A stretch of DNA of 64,000 nt from an uncultured Methanosarcinales archaeon (GTDB lineage: Archaea; Nanobdellota; Nanobdellia; Woesearchaeales; 21-14-0-10-32-9): positions 17,194 through 81,193 of the forward strand of contig CAZJQL010000003.1 of NCBI GenBank assembly GCA_964548665.1, read 5' to 3'. The notes beneath the pieces are model-generated. The model saw only the letters and a list, made by a program, of their open reading frames with translations, had not been told where the DNA came from and ran no database searches. This document shows positions 62,148-64,000 of this stretch, one piece after another (position 1 is the first letter of the stretch; each line of letters starts with the position of its first letter). The position numbers and the translations under genes were made by a program.

Positions 62148-63651
62148 AAAAACAGATATTAAGGATCAGAAAAACGATAAAAAAATAGGGATTACTGTAA
62201 AAAAAGAGGAAAATTTCAGTGAGTGGTTTACACAAGTGGTTGGTCCAGAAGGTGCTGAATTAGCTGATGTCAGATATGGCGTTCAAGGTTTCGTAGTTCA
62301 CATGCCTTGGTCTATGAGAATATTAAGAAAAATATATGAATACCTTGAGGATGAAATAGAAAAAGATGGCCATGATCCTATGCTTTTTCCAACAGTGATA
62401 AAAAAAGAAAATCTTGAAAGAGAAAAGGAACATGCAGGTTTCGCACCAGATGTTTTCTGGGTAACCGAAGCAGGAGATAAAAAATTAGAAGAAGAAGTTG
62501 CTTTAAGACCGACAGGTGAAACACAAATATATCCCATGTACTCTCTTTGGCTTAGAGGACATAATCAATTACCTTATAAACGATATCAATCCAGAATAAC
62601 TGTTTTTAGAAATGAAAAAACAACAAGACCTTTTCTTCGTGGAAGAGAATTTATGTTTTTTGAAACACACAATATGTATGCAACTCATAAAGATGTGTTA
62701 GAGCAAATAGAAGCAGATAGACAAATAATGAAAAAAGTTTATTGGGAAAAATTAAGATTGCCTCATATATTTTTTATAAGACCACAATGGGATAAATTCT
62801 TAGGCGCAGACAATACTTTTGTTTCAGATACTCTTATGCCTGATGGAAGAAGAAACCAGATGAGTTCCACTCATGATTTAGGGCAAAATTTTGCAAAAGC
62901 ATATGATATAAAATTCACTGATAAGGATGGAGAAATAAAATATGCGCATCAATCGTGTTTTGGTCCTGGAATCTGGAGAATAATGGCTGCATTAATTGGT
63001 ATTCATGGTGATGATAAAGGTTTAGTTCTTCCATTTGATATAGCTCCTTATCAAATAGTTATAGTTCCTGTTTTGTTCAGTGATGAAAAAGAAAATAAAT
63101 TGATAATTAAAAGGTGCTCTGAGATAGAAAAAGACCTTAAATCAAAATACAAAGTTTATTTTGATAATTCTGCTAATACTCCCGGATGGAAATATAATCA
63201 GTGGGAAATGAAAGGAGTTCCGTTAAGAATAGAAATGGGTCCTAAGGATTTAAAAGAAGAGAGTGTCGTTGTTGTTAGAAGAACAGGTCACAAAACAAAA
63301 GTAAAAATAAGTGACTTAAATCAGGCTATAAAAGAAGAAGCGATAGCTTTGGATGTTGATATAAAGATTAATGCTGAAAAATATTTCTTAAATAAAACAA
63401 AAAGTGCTGAATCTCTTGAGGAAATAAAAAAAACTATAAAGAATTTTAGAGGTTTTGTAAAAGCACCTTTGTGTTCAATAGAGAAATCTGGTGAACGCTG
63501 TGCTGAAGTAATAAAAACTGAGACAGAAGGGGCATATGTTTGTGGAGTGCCTTGGCTTAAAGAGGAACAAGAAAAACCTAAAAAAGGTTCATTGTGTCCG
63601 GTTTGTAAAAAACCTGCAGAACACATTGTTTATATAGCTAAAAGCTGGTAA
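62137..63651 (+). CDS. proS: Prolyl-tRNA synthetase (archaeal/eukaryal type)
   Basis: FSEWFTQVV...ADVRYGVQGFVVHMPWSMRI, RPTGETQIYPMY, FRNEKTTRPFLRGREFMFFETH and the C-terminal Zn-binding domain (CPVCKK...YIAKSW). It overlaps lysS by 11 nt. Confidence 0.9.
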   Translation: MTNKKTDIKDQKNDKKIGITVKKEENFSEWFTQVVGPEGAELADVRYGVQGFVVHMPWSMRILRKIYEYLEDEIEKDGHDPMLFPTVIKKENLEREKEHAGFAPDVFWVTEAGDKKLEEEVALRPTGETQIYPMYSLWLRGHNQLPYKRYQSRITVFRNEKTTRPFLRGREFMFFETHNMYATHKDVLEQIEADRQIMKKVYWEKLRLPHIFFIRPQWDKFLGADNTFVSDTLMPDGRRNQMSSTHDLGQNFAKAYDIKFTDKDGEIKYAHQSCFGPGIWRIMAALIGIHGDDKGLVLPFDIAPYQIVIVPVLFSDEKENKLIIKRCSEIEKDLKSKYKVYFDNSANTPGWKYNQWEMKGVPLRIEMGPKDLKEESVVVVRRTGHKTKVKISDLNQAIKEEAIALDVDIKINAEKYFLNKTKSAESLEEIKKTIKNFRGFVKAPLCSIEKSGERCAEVIKTETEGAYVCGVPWLKEEQEKPKKGSLCPVCKKPAEHIVYIAKSW

Positions 63652-63654
63652 TTT

Positions 63655-63996
63655 TCAGTAACTTCTTTTAGGCGGATTCATGATTTTGAGAGATATTTCA
63701 TCATATATTTCTTTAATATCATGCTTTAGTTTATCTTTCTCAGCTTCAGTTATTCCACTTATGTTGCTGAACTCTTCTCTAATTTCATTGTAAAGTATCT
63801 TCGCATCCTCTAGTTTTCCTGTCTCAGTAAGGTGTTTGCAATCTGACATCTTATCTTTTAAACTTATAACTGGGTCTGAAGTCGGATATCTCTGTGATTT
63901 TTTATCACTCGTATAATCTTTTGAAGGAATGCTTGGTCTAGCTTCTTTAGTCGACTCTTCAAGCTTTGTAAGAATGCTCTTATTTTCTTCAAGCAT
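63655..63996 (-). CDS. Hypothetical helical protein
   Basis: 113-aa ORF with its ATG 4 nt from the window edge; the true start could lie outside. No motif recognised. Confidence 0.35.
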   Translation of the reverse strand: MLEENKSILTKLEESTKEARPSIPSKDYTSDKKSQRYPTSDPVISLKDKMSDCKHLTETGKLEDAKILYNEIREEFSNISGITEAEKDKLKHDIKEIYDEISLKIMNPPKRSY

Positions 63997-64000
63997 ATAA

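Overview
This window is low-GC and gene-dense, with about 75 genes and short or overlapping junctions. It looks like a small-genome archaeon, possibly DPANN-like, which is an inference from gene content. Archaeal information-processing genes dominate: TFS, TFE, aIF2-alpha, Nop10, L44e, S27e, L41e, S3Ae, SRP54, Kae1, the CCA-adding enzyme, deoxyhypusine synthase, and proteins with class III (pilin-type) signal peptides. They sit beside bacterial-type genes: gyrB, type IA topoisomerase, class II LysRS, dPGM, DsbB-like and a SpoT-type HD hydrolase. I can support three tRNAs, Thr-CGU, Ala-GGC and Met/Ile2-CAU. Four conserved small genes are missing from the ORF track: rps27e, nop10, rpl41e and a histone-fold protein. 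There are six aminoacyl-tRNA synthetase genes (Arg, Glu, Asp, Lys, Pro, plus one paralogue). I found no CRISPR array, transposase or integrase. The main finding is a tightly coupled accessory gene cluster at about 33.9-42.9 kb, between tRNA-Ala and the canonical aspS. It is built around a degenerate AspRS/AsnRS-like paralogue. The other members are a radical SAM/SPASM enzyme, a GT9-like protein, two paralogous P-loop kinases, an S51 peptidase, Nudix, HIT, a QueC-like PP-loop ATPase and a CysK-like PLP enzyme. I cannot map this combination to any characterised pathway. Other anomalies are an in-frame TAA splitting argS, a truncated dph2 remnant, two pilin-signal adhesin-like proteins, and unusual nucleotide-salvage fusions.
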